Shown one piece after another: positions 55,701 through 58,700 of a stretch of 64,000 bases of DNA. Source of the stretch: PVC group bacterium (ex Bugula neritina AB1). GTDB taxonomy: Bacteria > GCA-001730085. The stretch is taken from contig MDLB01000105.1 in NCBI GenBank assembly GCA_001730085.1, positions 69 through 64,068 on the forward strand. The letters are read 5' to 3'. Position numbers and translations under genes: made by a program. Numbering within the stretch: the first letter of the stretch is position 1; the number at the start of each line of letters is the position of its first letter. Under the pieces are notes generated by a model that saw only the letters and a list, made by a program, of their open reading frames with translations, made no database searches and was not told the origin of the DNA.

Positions 55701-58700
55701 GTCAGATTTCTCTAAACCTTTGGGTTTAAGATGATCCCAATTTATATCATCGATATCAAATCCTTTTGACAAAGGGATCGCCATATTATTTCTATTCAAA
55801 ACAGGTAAAATTTTTCCTTCTTCATCTTTATATTCTAGTACGGGGGTGGCTTGCCAAAAAATATCCAACCATTCCCTTCCACCTTCTTTACGAGATGAGG
55901 AATAAGAAAGCTCTAAGTCATTATTATCGTATAAAATATTCCGACGTTTCTCGACAACATTCCCATTCGCTTCCTGCTTCAAGTTTTCTCTATCATATTC
56001 AAACAAACGATTCGCCGGATCATATTTCATATTTTTCATTTTCACCATACTTAGAACACCATTTGTCGTGACATGCTCTGTATAACTTTGGTTCCTACCT
56101 TGAGCATCATATTGGATATCAAACCTATGCATCTGAGAAACATTACCGTTTGAGGTATTTTTACTAAAGTATTCTTTACGTTTATCCTCATGATTGTAAT
56201 GAATCGCTTGCATATCCATAATATAATCAGCTTCATCAGCATTTACACCTTCTTCCTTATAAGCATAAAGCCGTTTTTTATGGTCATAAATCATGTCTGT
56301 TTTTTTGCTAACGCTCTCTGTCATTATGGGATGTTCAATACCTTTTTTCTCCCTCATTTTGGTGATACTTCCCGTTAGGCGATCATCAACGTTATAGCCT
56401 AGATTTGAAACATCCATAACGGTCTCACTATAGGATAAAACTTTGCCTGGATCTTCTATACTTTTATAAGTTATTTCATTAGTATCTCTATACTGAAAAA
56501 GTTTCCCACGGATAACTTTTGTATCTTTATCTATCTCTCCGTCTTTGATCAACCCTTCATTTGTATAGGAGTGAATTCCGGTTGCATCTCTTATGCTTTT
56601 TTGGATAGAATCTTCAATCATTTTTACCCGTTCACCTTCTTTATTCAAAATCCACGTCTTACTTTCCTGTGTATCGGTATTGTATTTAAGAAGATTGAAA
56701 TCATCCTCCATTTCTCCATAAACAGCATCTCCCCAAGATTGATGAGAAATTTTCTCAACTTTGACTTTATCAACCTCAAGATCTTTCTGAGTGATCACAT
56801 ACCCTTTCTCATTAAGAGCTTCAAAGTATATATCTTTTTTCTCATTCAAAAAGTGTTCGTGATCAAGCAAGTCTTGAACAATATCGTATTCGTTTAATAT
56901 TTCATGAAAGTTTTGAGAAGACAAAAAGATGAGTAACTCTTTCGGGTCTTTAATAAGATTTTCCCAGTCTTCTTTTGTGACTTTTAGATCTCTATTTTTA
57001 TAAATAAAATATTTATATTCTTCAAATTTCGTATCCAAAAAATCATTAATAGAGTCATAAAAAAAGTCTCTAACAAAGCGATTCGGAAAATCTCTAATAT
57101 TGTATAAATCATTTTGGAGAACTTGAAAGATATCAATATCTTTAGTCTCTTCCGCCTGCGGCGTCGTTTCTAAAAGTCCTGATGTTTTTAAAAGTTTTTC
57201 CCATAGGGCTTCTTCTAGATTGATATCTTTAAAATCGTTTGAAATTTTATTCATTTGCAAAAGTTTGTGATTATTTAAAAAAGACTCAACTTGCACCTTG
57301 GAATCTATTAAGGCTTGTATAACAGCATTTTTCTTGTCTTCATAAATAGTCGAACGTAAAGCATTCAATTTCTTTAACAATGTTTCACTATAAGAAGAAA
57401 AGTCATCAAAGTTCGTATGTGAAATAGCGTCCCACTGAAACATTTCTCCAAAAAGGAAATCAAAAATATCTACACTAGTATTAAGTTCTAAAGAAGAAAT
57501 ATCCACATCAACTGCTTCTTGCAAGCTCTCTGGTTTTTCTAATTCCTTTAAAGCCAAGTTAATATATTCTAAATAAGAGTTCACTTTATCATCTTTATTC
57601 TGAACCAAAAGCTCTGTTTTTCTAGAGATTTTAGATAAAACATCAAGATCTTTTGCGGTTAAAAGACCTTTCTCATTCAAGTAAGCGAGCTTTGAATCAG
57701 CATCCTCCAAATCATCCCAAGCGTTAGAAACTTTTGAATAGATTTGTCCAAAAAGATTTTCTTTGCTGTTATATACTCTCGTGTTATGTTGGACAGTTCT
57801 TTTCTTGTAAAAACGAAGATTATCCCTATCATCATACATAGCATCATAATAAAGTGACTCTTCATCGACAATTTCGTTATTCTCATCCAATTTATATGAA
57901 TAAATTTTGTATTTGCTAACTTGTCCATTCTTATACTCTGTTTGGAAAACTGCTGTTTCCAAAAGCTTAAATAAAGAATCTGAATATTTGGCAAATTGTT
58001 TATCAATTTGAAAGTCATACTTTCTTTCTATTTGTTTAAAATGATCTGTGACAAAACCATCTTCCGTTATATATCCTCGTTGAATAAGGTCCCTCCAAAT
58101 ACGTTTTTTAGGCCCTCCAATGTTTCTTTTGCTTATTCGCCCTTCACCTACAAATGGATCCCATAAACCCCATTTTTCAACTTTGGTTGGAGATTGATTA
58201 GATATCGTTTTCTTTGTATAGCCTAAAATTTCGCCATACTTATTGTAGGCATATGATTTCTTTTGATCTGTAACTTGCTTAGAATAAGTTGAAATATCTT
58301 TTGAAAAATTTTCGTTTCCTAAACTTTCTTGATATCCACTGGATTTTTTATCAACAGAGTTAGCTTCCCATAGAACTAAAGTTTCTTCTCCATCACTTGA
58401 ACGCGTATGTTCCCGGTAAGAAAGAACCTTATCATTTTTCGCCTTAGGGCTTTCGAATAAATAAGAGCCCTCCCATGTGACATTTTCGACACGACCAACA
58501 TGATCAGTTACTATTTTTTCATATCCTAAAAGATTTTTATAAGCATCGTAAGGATTTCCTTCTTTTGACTTCGCTTCCCATTGCGTACGGGTAATATGCC
58601 CATGTTGATCTGTGATTTTTTCATCATAACTTAATAAATTTTTATCTTTGTCATAAGTGGCATTTCCCCACTCTTTGACTTTGGGATTTTTCCCATAAAA

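Noticed and set aside
5846-58018. Dozens of 60-305-aa ORFs on the plus strand, and a few on the minus strand, nested inside the giant gene. Examples are 19489..20406 (305 aa), 16309..16764 and 27009..27386.
   Set aside because: They are antisense or off-frame shadows of a long AT-rich coding region. They have low-complexity compositions, no conserved starts or RBS, and each is interrupted where the giant frame's codon usage changes. The internally repetitive 16309..16764 ORF simply mirrors the 87-bp coding repeat.
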